From the NCBI GenBank assembly GCA_951406725.2, contig OX597821.1, forward strand, positions 105,276,001-105,340,000: a DNA stretch of 64,000 bases. The letters are read 5' to 3'. Position 1 is the first letter of the stretch, and every line of letters begins with the position of its first letter. This document shows, piece after piece, positions 40,351 through 53,380 of this stretch. Source of the stretch: Octopus vulgaris (taxonomy: Eukaryota). The translations under genes and the position numbers were made by a program. The notes under the pieces are model-generated. The model did not search any database, was not told where the DNA came from, and saw nothing but the letters and a program-made list of their open reading frames with translations.

Positions 40351-40514
40351 ATCATGTTTTATCTTCACATCCACCAACGATTTTAAGAAGATACTCACAT
40401 GATGCCATAAAAATTCCGAAACGGCAAGAAGAAAAACCGAAAAGGCGATATCATTTACTCTGATGACTGAAGGTAATTAGACTAGAAAGAAAATTTACAA
40501 AATTAACATGCAAA

Positions 40515-40672
40515 TGATCGAGCTGATTTCGGTCGAGGGATCTCGGGTTCGAATCTCAGACCGGGCAATGTGTGTATTTATGAGCGAAATACCTAAGATC
40601 CAAGCGGCTCCGGCGGAAGGTAATGCCAATCTTAGTTGACTCTTTCGCCACAAAATTCTCTCACTCTTTCCC
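40515..40672 (+). mobile_element. SINE 5' part
   Basis: B-box ggttcgaatc followed by gaccgggc..tgtgt, as in the 40075 copy. Confidence 0.5.
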
Positions 40673-40697
40673 ACTGCATATATATATATATATATAT

Positions 40698-41108
40698 AAA
40701 TGAAAGAATGGAGTTGAACGACAAATTAACAAAATTCCTTTATTCTCGACATATGTTTCGAAGGCTGCATATTCCTAATTTCGAAGGAATAAGGGGTGCA
40801 TTATGCTGCCTTCTCATCAGGAAAAACAAGGAATTTATGTCAGCATCAATATGAACAAAAACTTTTAGATGACTGTCCACACGGAGCCCATAGCGATAAT
40901 GAGTGTTTCTTTAAAATATTCCGGAATATTTTAAAGAAAAACTCATTATTTATTTGTATTTAATAAAACACACAAATTTCCACACGAAAGCACGTGATCT
41001 CTGCCCTTGGCATGTAGCTTCAACCGTGTTTTTCTGACGTGAATTTGCTACCCAGGTACCGGTTAGCCGAATTATCCATAATAAGATAATTCATTCAACT
41101 ACTCAAAT
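40698..41108. mobile_element. family B repeat with inverted 5' arm
   Basis: Antisense arm to about 40920, a 54-bp hairpin centred on ttccggaa, then the sense 3' end; TA repeats on both sides. Confidence 0.85.
40732..40836 (-). ncRNA. type I hammerhead ribozyme, intact core (family B)
   Basis: AAATTCCTTGTTTTTC-CTGATGA-GAAGGC...GCCTTC-GAA-ACATATGT-C-GAGAATAAAGGAATTT: canonical core, GUC site, 16-position helix I with an internal loop, palindromic helix III. Confidence 0.92.
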
Positions 41109-42207
41109 ATATATATATGCAAGACTGGCTTCCACATAGTTCCGTGTCAAATATTCAGTCAAAAATCCATCGCTCTGCGCGGGTTCATGTTAGAAGACAC
41201 TGAGACACTGTCCATAGATGTTGGGTTGTGGATCTTAATCAGAAACCCCATAGTCGCCAATTGAACGTCTTAAATGCACTGCTATGCATTCAATCAACTA
41301 AAACTTAATGCTTATAATGCATTATACAGAATGAACTTCATAAGAGAGGGAAATATATTAGGATTACTCCCTTTCCCTTATTTTGCATACCATTTTACAA
41401 TCTGAAATCTTGTTTCATTTCAAACTCATTTTTCATTACTATTGGATCTTTGAATTTCTTATGTTCTGTAATCTTACGAACAACAGATGTCCAATAAAAA
41501 TAATGGCTCCCATGTGTAGTGATCAATTAATTTTGTTAAACGTTAAGATTTCCTAGCTTTAACTTTTCATCTATCTCCAAACAGTGGCGCACACAGACAT
41601 ATAGTAGTGTAACATGTTGCATGCAAGATGTCACAAGGCACAGAGAAAAGCTCTGAGCTGTTAAACGAGAAAAATATTATAAATATGTTGAATATGAATA
41701 TATCCATATATTTATCATGTTCGCTCTTTCACGGAAAGCGACGTAGCAGTTGTATAGAAAATGGTTGAAAAATAATTATAGTCACGTTTTATATCTGACA
41801 TAATTAGGATTATAAATGTGTTTTGCATATAAAACCCCCATGCGTTTGCGTGAGTATTTTTCTGCATGAGTGCGTGGTGATGTGTGCATGAGGTTTCGGA
41901 TAGGCACATGTTGCGTGCACACATGAATGTGCTCTGCAAATGGAAAACCATTATTAAATGCATTACATCATGAAAGAGAAGTGAAAACGGGGAAAATAAT
42001 TTGCATATGAATTCCGATAGATTTTAAGATTCAAGGATTAAAGAACAAAACCTGTCTTTTTGTGTATTTAAATCCTCAACACCCACCTTTCTTCATTATC
42101 GTTCAGATACATAATATATATAAAAACCATACCTAGACACACACGTGCGCATATATAGATGCACACATATATGTATATGTATGTGTGTATATGTATATGT
42201 ATGTGTG

Positions 42208-42277
<70 letters not shown>

Positions 42278-42348
42278 TATTTATATATGTAAATATCTAT
42301 GTATGTATGTATGTATCTATCTATCTATCTATCTATAAATATCTATAA

Positions 42349-42398
<50 letters not shown>

Positions 42399-42952
42399 CA
42401 CATAAAATACGCACACATACAAACATACGTATATGTATAGATATTAATTACTTACAGAAGAATACACAGGAACACACTACGGGACGATGTTGAAGGAATA
42501 GATGTTGAGCTGGCATGTCCTATTCTGCATTTGTGTTTCAATGCGCGTATGTAAGTGTGGTGAGTGTAATGTATGTGTCCGAGTTTAATTGCATGTGTGA
42601 ATGTGTGAAGTGTTGGTATTCAACATTCTGGAGATTTAAAACGATATTCAAATATACAGCTCGTTTTCAATGACATGGATCAAGAAGAGGAAACAGATCG
42701 AGATGAAAGATACATAACGAGATGAATGAAGCCATGTTTAATTCCCAGTATATCATGTTCAAAGAAATCCCATTTACGACGATCCAGTCCTTTAGGTTCT
42801 ATTATTAGGCATTCCACAACATATCGTCAAATATCTATCACATTTAAAATGTCGGCATATTGGAATCACAGCATTCTTAGTTCAACTGCAACCAATTCAT
42901 AATATGTTCATGTGCACGTTAGTCAATTAATACATAAATATATATATATGTG

Positions 42953-43040
<88 letters not shown>

Positions 43041-43049
43041 ATTTAAAGC

Positions 43050-44040
43050 CTCTATACTGTTATCCCTCACCACGAAGGACTGCAGGCCCTTCGACACTTT
43101 CTTGAACTCCGCTCCAACCCTGAACCTGACACCTCCACACTCATTCGTCTGGCCGAACTTGTCCTTACTCTGAACTGCTTCTCGTTCGCGGGCGAGTTCT
43201 ACCATCAGGCCTCGGGAGTGGCCATGGGAACGCAAATGGGCCCCAACTATGCGAACCTGTTCGTTGGCTATGTTGAGGCCCAAATATTCTCTAATTTCAC
43301 TGGTCCCACTCCTGAACTATATGGTCGTTACATTGACGACATTATCGGTGCCACCTCACTCTCCCGTGAACATCTAGATTCCTTCCTCTCTTTCGTCCAA
43401 TCTTTCCATCCAGCCCTCCACTTCCCTTCCACTATCTCCAACACCTCTGTCTCCTTCCTCGACATTTCGGTTAGCATTCTTCACTCCACTCTTACCACCT
43501 CCATTCACTACAAACACACAGACTCACACTCATACATCAACTTCTCTTCCTCCCACCCAGAACACACCAAGCTTTCCATCCCCTATTCCCAATTCCTCCG
43601 TCTACGTAGGCTCTGTAGTGACGACCATGACTTTGAGACTCAGTCTCAACGTATGGCTCACCACTTCACCCTACGTGGATACCCCCTCACCACTATCCAC
43701 ACCGCCCTTGCCAGAGCACGGTCCGTGGACCGTGTATCTGCTCTCTCTCCCCGAACCCGCCCTGTAGTCTTCCGCCTCCCTTTTCCCCTCACTTACCACC
43801 CCACGACCCTACCTCTCCAACGCACCATTCTTCGAGCTTTCCGTCATCTCCAGTCCGACCCGTTCACTTCACACCTCTTCCCTAACCGACCCCTCCCCTC
43901 TTTCAAACGAGCCCACAACCTTCGAGACCTTTTGGTCCATAGCTCCTTCCCTGACCCTACCTCCCAACCTGGCTCGTTCCGCTGCTCCCGCCCACGTTGC
44001 CGCACTTGCCCTTACCTCTCCAACACCACCCTCCTCACTA
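43050..44040 (+). pseudogene. Penelope-type reverse transcriptase remnant
   Basis: LYTVIPHHEG, GVAMGTQMGPNYANLFVG, YGRYIDDI, FLDI, SIPYSQFLRLRRLCS and CSRPRCRTC; the frame then runs into low-complexity sequence with no endonuclease. Confidence 0.9.
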
Positions 44041-44334
44041 GCATCCATCCTTTCACCCCTACTCCCCTTCCCTTCTTCCCTCTTTCTCCCTCCCTCCTTC
44101 CCTCTTCCCCTTCCCTCTGCTCCCTCACTCCCCTTCTCTCTCCCCCTCTCCCTCTTTCCTCCTCCCTCCCCCCCTCCTCCTCCCCTTCCTTCTCCCACTC
44201 ATCTCTCTCTCCCCCTCCCCTTCTCCCTCTCCCCTCCTCCTCCTCTTATCCCCATCCCCCTCTTCTCCTCTCTCCACACTACACCACACGACTCTACACA
44301 TCACATCATATATGATGTGCCATACTAATACATA

Positions 44335-44795
44335 CCCCAACTAATACATACTAATACATACTAATACATACTGATACATACTAATACACACTAATACATA
44401 CACCAACCCTATACATACACACGTCCAGACCTCTCATACGCACTAATACTCTCACACGCACACATACCCTTATACATACTAATACATACTAATACATACT
44501 AATACATACACCAACCCTATACATACACACGTCCAGACCTCTCATACGCACTAATACTCTCTCATACACACACACACACACACACACACACCCTTATACA
44601 TACAAATACATACTAATACACACTGATACATACACCAACCCTATACATACACACGTCCAGACCTCTCATACGCACTAATACTCTCTCATACACACACACA
44701 CACACACACCCTAATACATACTAAATACATACTAATACATACACCAACGCTATACATACACACGTCCAGACCTCTCATACGCACTAATACTCTCT

Positions 44796-44830
<35 letters not shown>
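44335..44830. repeat. minisatellite, ~120-bp unit x4, inside the Penelope-like element
   Basis: ctatacatacacacgtccagacctctcatacgcactaatactctc is repeated four times. Confidence 0.9.
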
Positions 44831-44831
<1 letters not shown>

Positions 44832-45058
44832 AAATCGAAAGAACGAACCTAAGCCCGCGGTATGGCCCACGTACGCGTGGACGTAGCCGCCACCGATGTT
44901 GAAGCAGGTCATTCAACCCTATTATCTCCCCTAATTTCGCTCTCGCGTCTCGTGTTTGATCTTTGACTTCTGGCCGAAATCAGATCGCCATGTTGATTCG
45001 TTAGTTACTGCACGCATTGTTTTCTCTCCTTCTTTCTGTGTTTTTTTTCTCTGTGTAT

Positions 45059-45094
45059 CTTTCTGTTGAAGAGCGTAGGCTCGAAACGTTAAAG
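45059..45094 (+). ncRNA. minimal type I hammerhead-like motif with variant core (family D)
   Basis: CTTT-CTGTTGA-A-GAGC(GTAG)GCTC-GAA-ACGT-T-AAAG; A6 is U; palindromic ACGT helix III. Confidence 0.65.
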
Positions 45095-45193
45095 TCTTGT
45101 TTTATTTATATTTCCTGAGCGCCATACTAATTCAATTTTTTGTTTGTTTTCCACCTGCCTTCGCCTTTTGTCTATTTTCATAATGCTTCCCGT

Positions 45194-45238
<45 letters not shown>

Positions 45239-45239
45239 G

Positions 45240-45336
<97 letters not shown>

Positions 45337-45344
45337 ATATCGCA

Positions 45345-45535
45345 GTAAGCACATAAATGTGAAACAAGGTGGAAAACATAGTACTCATATACCAGTGATA
45401 GATTAATATGCTTTCTTTAAAAGCAGCAGAAATATGACAAAAGCTGTCTCTCAGACGTTCACGTTCCCGTTAGACTGAAATTTTTGTTAAGCTCTGAGTA
45501 ACAGCTTCTGCTATGTTTCTACTGCTCTTAAGTAA
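45345..45535. mobile_element. (TA)n-flanked remnant with imperfect inverted repeat
   Basis: agcagcagaaatat..caaaagctgt..ctcaga versus tctgagtaacagcttctgctatgtttctactgct. Confidence 0.6.
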
Positions 45536-45558
45536 AGTATATACATATATATATATAC

Positions 45559-45627
<69 letters not shown>

Positions 45628-45645
45628 CATATACATATATATATA

Positions 45646-45722
<77 letters not shown>

Positions 45723-46343
45723 CGTTTACACCTGTTCTGTAGGTTGAGATAACCTTCAATGGTATAAAATTTACTCCGTCACTCTTTGTGCTCTGAGTGC
45801 CTTGAGAGATGTTCATTGTCTTCCAACTTTCGGAACAGATTTGAAGCAGAGGATGTTTTCATTGCTGCCCTACTTTAAGAACGAAGATTCGACTCATTCT
45901 TAATAATCAATTGATATACAATGCCATTATTTGGCGATTTGATCCTATAATATTTGATAAATTGTAATTCTACTGCAATTTCTACTGATATTTTGATGTT
46001 TACTCCTTTCAGTGCCATTCAAGCAGCATCGGCGTTTGAGCGAATCCACGAGCATTTGTAATTTCGGATTAATTTATTGTTCGATATATTACAAATTGGA
46101 TCTAGAAATCATTTCGATTTAACGAGTTATCTTCATCACTTAGATGTGTGCAGAAGATCTTAGATGAATACAAACATAGTAAAGGTAAAAACATGATTTT
46201 TGTTTATTTCTTATTGGGGAAAAAATAACCATCACATGACGTATATTTATTTATATTACCAACCATCATACGTATATTAAGAGTTGTATGATTTTGTCTT
46301 AAAATATAAATACGCTAATGGATGTCTCACTGTATGTATGTGT

Positions 46344-46425
<82 letters not shown>

Positions 46426-46492
46426 GTAACTATCTATCTCTCTGCCTTACTGTCTATCTGACTATCTATCTGTCGTCTCCCTGTCTTTCTCC

Positions 46493-46535
<43 letters not shown>

Positions 46536-46536
46536 C

Positions 46537-46590
<54 letters not shown>

Positions 46591-47259
46591 ATCTATCTAT
46601 CTTTCTATATATCTATTTGTCTATCTGCCTGCGTTTCTGTCACTCCGTTTGTCTATCTGTCAGTGTACGTTCTGCTGGTGTGTCGAAAGTACGTTTCTGT
46701 GTATAGCTTTTGCAAAACGACCTGCAGAAATGATTTGTGCATAGTGATGAAATACATATGTTGTATATTTGCTCATTCACTACATCAAATCAACTCTGCC
46801 TGAATAGCTGCACGTTATACGACACTTCAGGTGTCGAAGATATCGCAGAGCAACGTAAGACGAATGTGTCGCCCAAGAGAAAATAGCAAAACTTAGTAAG
46901 GAATTGAAGCTACGATTTCTATACACAGATACCTACAATTATTCTTCGTCATATAGGGGCAATGCCTGAAATTTTGGGAACGTGAGCTAGTCGACACTAT
47001 CACTCTCAATCATTAACTGGTACTTATTCTCTCAACCTCGTTAGGAGGAAAGGTAATGTGAAATTTGATCTGATAACGTATAGACGATTGAATTAGAGCT
47101 CGCATTTTCTCTACCGTGCTAAAGTTTCTGCGGGCTCTCTTCCTCACAGTTATGTCACATAATCTTTTCTACTATAGACACAAATCTCGAATTTTACCAG
47201 GAGAGTTTTAGTCGACTACATCTATCCCAGTGTTAAATTGGTATTTAATTCCTCAACCC

Positions 47260-47490
47260 GGCGAGCTGGCAGAAACGTTAGCAGGCCGGGCGAAATGCGT
47301 AGCCGTATTTCGTCTCCCGTTACGTTCAGAGTTCAAATTCCGCCAAGGTCGACTTTGCCTTTCATCCTTTCGGGGTCGATTAAATAAGTACCAGTTACGC
47401 ACTGGGGTCGATATAATCGACTTAATCCGTATGTCTGTCCTTGTTTGTCCTCTCTCTGTTTAACTCCTTGTGGGTAGTAAAGAAATAGGT
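47260..47490 (+). mobile_element. intact tRNA-derived SINE (family S2) nested in an older antisense SINE
   Basis: A-box tggcagaaacg, B-box gttcaaattcc, core gcctttcatcctttcggggtcgat; ~20-bp TSD ggtat(t/a)taattcctcaaccc. Confidence 0.88.
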
Positions 47491-47781
47491 ATATAATTCC
47501 TCAACCCCGAATAGGCATTTGAACTCAGAACGTAAATGTAGCGAAATATACTGTCCGGTGTGCTGATGATTCTGCCGGTATAGAATGCGGTAAAATCCTC
47601 GTAAAGTACACATCTTGACAACTACTTAAGAAGACAGTGTTGGATTATTTTCCTATATTTTCTTTCTAATACCACTTTCGGAGGCATTTCTTCTTAAGTG
47701 TAATATCCATTATATTACTTAAGAAAAAGATTGCCTCCACAAATATCAGAAAGTCATTTACAGCATCAATAATTTAATGGC

Positions 47782-47843
<62 letters not shown>

Positions 47844-47889
47844 CGAAAGAGAGAAAGAGGCACAGATATAAATATAGATAGATTAATAG

Positions 47890-47925
<36 letters not shown>

Positions 47926-47965
47926 TATTTACGTACATATATACACATGTTTATATGTATATATA

Positions 47966-48000
<35 letters not shown>

Positions 48001-48709
48001 CATGTATATTTATATATGTATTTAAATGTACATATATGTGTATATATATACACCCACACGCACACACACACACATACACATACATAGATATATCTATGTA
48101 TATATATATATATATGTGTGTGTACATGTATGTAGGTATGGTAGGTAGATAGGTATGCAGGTAGGTAGGAGGGTTGGTAGGCAGGCATCTATTTATGTAT
48201 GTACTGGCAAACTTCATAGTATGGTAGGTCAATGTATGCTGATAAAAAGATAGTGTTATTCTATGTTCTTGTGATGTATTACACTGACGTTTCCTTGTCC
48301 CTTTTTTAAAGATATTACGTGATTCCATTGATGTTTTTTTCTGTTACATCTTTGTTGCTCTTGTTCCTTATATTAGGAAATAATTCCGTTTTCTGCAATG
48401 ATTGATAAAAACAACTTTTACAATGTTTAACCTTTATGTTGAAGTGTTTTTTTTTTTGCAATCTATCGAGATTGCTTTCATTTACACAGTTTTATCATGT
48501 TTAATTTTTGTTTATGTATGTGAATGATCGTATATGTGGACCGCTGACTGTGTATGTGAGCACTTGTGTATGTGTTTATATATACTTTTTTACATGAGAT
48601 TTATACATGTGTATGTGGTTTCTGTATCTACTCACACACACACCCATGCACACATAAATATATATATATATACACACGTATACATCATGCATATATACGG
48701 ATACATGTG

Positions 48710-48741
<32 letters not shown>

Positions 48742-48742
48742 C

Positions 48743-48788
<46 letters not shown>

Positions 48789-48842
48789 GCATATATATAT
48801 ATACACATATATATACATATATATATACGTATATTTATATAC

Positions 48843-48886
<44 letters not shown>

Positions 48887-49349
48887 CATACACAGAGAGA
48901 GGAAGCGAGAGGGAGAAGGAGAGGGAGAAGAGAAGAAGAAAAGAAGAAGAAAAGAAGAAGAAGAAGAAGAAGAAGAAGAAGAAGAAGAAGAAGAAGACGA
49001 AATATAGTCATATAATAAGAACACGTTATTTTATTGCGGTAATATTAGGGTGATTCTCTTTGCATATTCAATACATAAATTACTAAGTCTTGATTTCCAT
49101 CAAGAAAGATACTGAATATATAAACAACATATATTGTATCAACATAATCGTTATTTAGGAAGCTGCGTAACTTAGATGATTCAGATGGCTTAGGTTGGAT
49201 ACAACCCATTGCGCCCCAAGCCAAGAACAAATGATTCTTTGAATATTCGGATAATTATTTACGTTACCTGTCGGGATAAAATGGACAACTTGAGGAAAGT
49301 GTTGTTCTTGGCTGAGACATATTGAGCTTTTCGTCGTGTACCTTCTACA

Positions 49350-49566
49350 TACTCTTTCACTCGTTTCAGTTATTTGACTGCAGCCATGCTGGAGCACCGC
49401 CTTTAGTCGAGGAAATCGATCCCAGGACTTATTCTTTGTAAGCCTAGTATTTATTCTCTCGGTCTCTTTTGCCGAACCGCTAAGTTACGGGGACGTAAAG
49501 ACATCAGCATCGGTTGTCAAGCGAGCTTGGGGGAGAAACACAGGCACACAAACACACACACACATG

Positions 49567-49610
<44 letters not shown>

Positions 49611-49668
49611 CGACGAGATTCTTTCAGTTTCTGTCTGCCAAATCCACTCACAAGGCATTGCTCGGCTT
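49350..49668 (-). mobile_element. SINE family S1, 5'-truncated
   Basis: Colinear with 57285-57708 and includes the internal (CA)n(TA)n. Confidence 0.85.
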
Positions 49669-51921
49669 ATCTCTGTGACTTATCTCTGTGGATCTTCAAT
49701 CCCTAATATATCTTATTTTGTTTGGGCAGAGGAACAATGGACAGCAGTATTCAAGGTGGGATTGAGTAAACATGGTGAAGAAAATTGTAAAGGTTTCATC
49801 ATCTCTTGTCTGAAAGGTTCTCAAGATCCATGAACATATTCTGTGGACCATATCGACTGTATGTTCATGCATACATTCCAGAGCTACACATCACCAATGC
49901 CACAGAGCATATCACAAACAATGGCGCGCATGTATGTCATTAAATCCATCACGAATTAGGTCAATGCTCCCTGCATGCGCTCTAAATGACTCCACAAGAA
50001 TTTTTAAAAATTAAATAAGAAATACCTTACACTGAAAGGAGGTTAAGTCATAAGTATATGTTGTATATTGAGCGCTCCCACAGTTTATTGACACAACGAA
50101 ACAAAAGGACTGAAAAACGATATGGAAAGCACAGAAAGTAAGGCAACGAAACGTACGCTTACTAATACCAAAGCAGAATACTGGCTAAGAAATATTCTTC
50201 AGCGCGTAGAACACTTTCCTCTGTATATCAATGTTGAAAAAAACAGTAAAGAAAAAACAGCCATCTCTAATCAGAGCATTGAAAACTAGCATTATATTAA
50301 ATAATCATTAACGCTGACAAAAATTAATAAACGCAATGAATTAGAAAATAGGAAAGACGAGAATTTTAAAAAAAGTGTGAAGTCATAATTGTTGCACAGA
50401 TTGATGACGGTGTAAACACGGGGTCACTACTGTACAAATATATCCTGAGAGACGTAAGAGAAGTACACAAACAAAGCGTGTATGATGAATTAGAAAGTAA
50501 ATTCAGGAAAAATACACTATACAGCATTAAATTTATTCATCTGTTTGTACAGCTGAAAGTAAATATGAAACGAAAGCATGAAATTAGTTCCGAATAGTAT
50601 CTTAATATAACAAAGTGATTATGAATTAAACAGGTGAAATGTAAATTATCTTGGGATATAAAGGTTAGGGGAAAAACAAACAATCGCGCTATTTGATCAA
50701 GATGAAGTGACTTGACTTAATGTTAGAAGTTGTTGGCAGAGAATAAAATTGTAAAACCATGAAGGCAAGATTATACAAAGTAAAGGAAATATAGAAACAT
50801 TCTGGAGTAAAATGTAAAAAAGGGTCCTTCAATATGTCCTTACACATAGACTAAATTAAAATTAAAATCAAGTGACAAAGATGTATGAGAATATAATACA
50901 GCGAAAATTATAATGGAATTCATTACAAGAAGATATTTAAAAATATGTCGAGTATATACCTGTATTCTATACTGGTAGTCCAAGACAAATAAGAAAGCAT
51001 TCTCACGAAGCAATCATTCGTTTTTCGGATGACTATGAAAGACAAACCATTCGTCAAGCCTTCGTCCAATGCCTACTCACAGTTGGATTCAACTTGATTT
51101 CACGGGACAGTTTTTCTCTGTTTTATCAGCAAGTTTCGCGTCATGTCCGATATTTTCTATTCTCCTTTTATCAAAATACGAAAATCTGCTTTTGCTGGTT
51201 AAGATACAGAAAACATTCCGCTTATAGGATCTTGGGACGACAATGAGTTGGATTCACCAATAATTTCGGTGCTTCCCTGTATGGTTAAACATGAGATCTT
51301 TTGAAAAATGTATATTTTTGCCTGTATGCTCCTCATATCCTCCTCAGTACTAACCTAGCTATGACAAGGATACAGTTTTACTAGTGGCTAGTTGTCTCGT
51401 TCTGCCACTGGGCGACATATATAGGTATCTAAAAAACTGAGGTTTTCGGAAAACCTCTCTCAGTCATTTCTCCCAGATATACTCACGTTGCGATTCATGT
51501 GTTCCATGAAATCATGGGCGAAATAAATATTTTGTTATTTGCATAAACCTTACTAAGGCTACATGCACATATCCCGCTTTTACTGAAGCAGCACACGTTT
51601 TGTATCACTATGCTCCTTCAATTTCCATGACACACCATAGAGAGAACGAGTAGCTGATCTTACACGTGAAGTATAAGAAGATAAATTACATCTGCTGAAC
51701 ACCACGTCATTTCACAAAACTATAATATAAGATGGCAGGGAGCTTTAAACCACTCTAAATCTAAAATTATTAAATTCAATTATTTCTAGTTGCGTGAAAT
51801 AAATAAATTTATTTTTATATGCTTTCAATACTCACAACAATACAACTGGTGACAGGAAAATATATCATTAGTAGAAACGTACCAAAATAGAGGACAAGAA
51901 AGCTAAATAAAACCATATATA

Positions 51922-52518
51922 TTTCTTTACTACCTACATGGAGTTACCCAGAGAGGGGACAAACAAGGACAGACAAACGGATTAAGTCGATTACATCGAC
52001 CCAGTGCGAAAATGATACTTTATTAATCGATCCCGAGAAGATGAAAGGCAAAGTCGACCTCGGCGGAATATGAACTCAGAACGTAACGACAGACGAAATA
52101 CCTATTTCTTTATTTCCCACAAGGGGATAAACATAGAAGGGACAAACAAGGACAGACATAAGTATTAAGTTGATTACCTCGACCCCAGTGGGTAACTGGT
52201 ACTTAATTTATCGACCCCGAAGGGATGAAAGGCAAAGTGGACCTCGACGGAATTTGAACTCACAACGAAACGACAGACAAAATACCTATTTCTTTATTAC
52301 CCACAAGAGGCTAAACAGAGACAGGACAAACAAGGACAGACATAGGTATTAAGTCGATTACATCGACCCCAGTGCTTAACTGGTACTTAATTAATCGACC
52401 CCGAAAGGATGAAAGGCAAAGTCGACCACGGCGGAATTTGAACTCACAACGAAACGACAGACAAAATACCGCTAAGCATTTCGCCCGGCGCGCTAACGTG
52501 TCTGCCAGCTCGCCGCCT
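51922..52518 (-). mobile_element. SINE family S2 with one head and three tandem ~180-bp bodies
   Basis: The three repeats are joined at aatacctatttcttta; 20-bp TSD taaataaaaccatatatatt at 51904 and 52519. Confidence 0.9.
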
Positions 52519-53157
52519 TAAATAAAACCATATATATTAACTCGGAAGAAAGGTGGCCCTTCTGGGAAGGTTTGTAAAAATACACTTCTTATGCTAAGCT
52601 AGTGTATTATATAGATGAGAAAAAATTACAAACGCGCAAAAACGAACCTCATTTTATATTAGATTTACAATTTTTTTTACTTTGGAAATGTAAAGCTTTC
52701 TTGAAATATACCCCTTTGAAAGAAACCATACAAATCATAAGTGGTATATACATAAAAGGAAATAAGAAACTTTCAAAACACGTTTAAAAAAATGGAATTT
52801 GGAAACGCTTATCTGAATTTGAAGTTAAGTAAAACAAATAACGACAGTTGATCTGAAAGATTATGTTTCGGCAATAAATCAAAGGTTGCATGGGGATTAT
52901 CTACAGAGAGAGAGTAAATTATTTGCATTTAGACTTCTTTGAAAAAGCTTCTAAAATTGAAAAACTTATGGTATTGATAACATTAAAATGTTTTTTTCTG
53001 GTTGTATTGTGATATACTGTAACTACCAGATTACGTTATACACTATCACCGCAGAAGTAGGTTAACGACAGTATCCACGGCGGCATCTAACTACTTCTTT
53101 AACATTCATTTATAAAATGCTCTCCAAAATTATATTCAACCTAATCAAAAATTAAAA

Positions 53158-53380
53158 GAAACAAGCGCTTTCAGAGAGCGCAAAACTCCGCCAAGGCAAC
53201 TCTAACGTCCTGTCAATGATTAGCCAGAGATGAGTTATAATATGAGACTATTTGAAATAAATTCGACTGCTTTTACAAACGAGAATACTAAAGATGAACA
53301 CGACCGCTCTTAAAAATTAAGTAAAAAAAAAAAAAGGAAAATAATCCAGAATTCTTGTCCGGTACCTCATCGATCCTAAT
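53158..53380. repeat. unclassified interspersed repeat
   Basis: agagcgca.aact and aaataatccaga.t.cttgtc.gg.ac blocks recur at about 53990-54085. Confidence 0.5.

Larger units (their letters stand above)
43044..45185 (+). mobile_element. Penelope-like retroelement (Neptune-type), 5'-truncated, GIY-YIG deleted
   Basis: RT remnant, CT-rich region, minisatellite and a terminal repeat with a hammerhead-like motif; microsatellites on both sides. Confidence 0.88.

Noticed and set aside
47260-47345. tRNA gene
   Set aside because: It has A/B boxes but continues into a SINE body with a TSD; no convincing cloverleaf.
49700-51700. Possible ancient transposase or host exons
   Set aside because: No sustained ORF or recognisable motif by eye; a BLASTX/HMM search would be needed.
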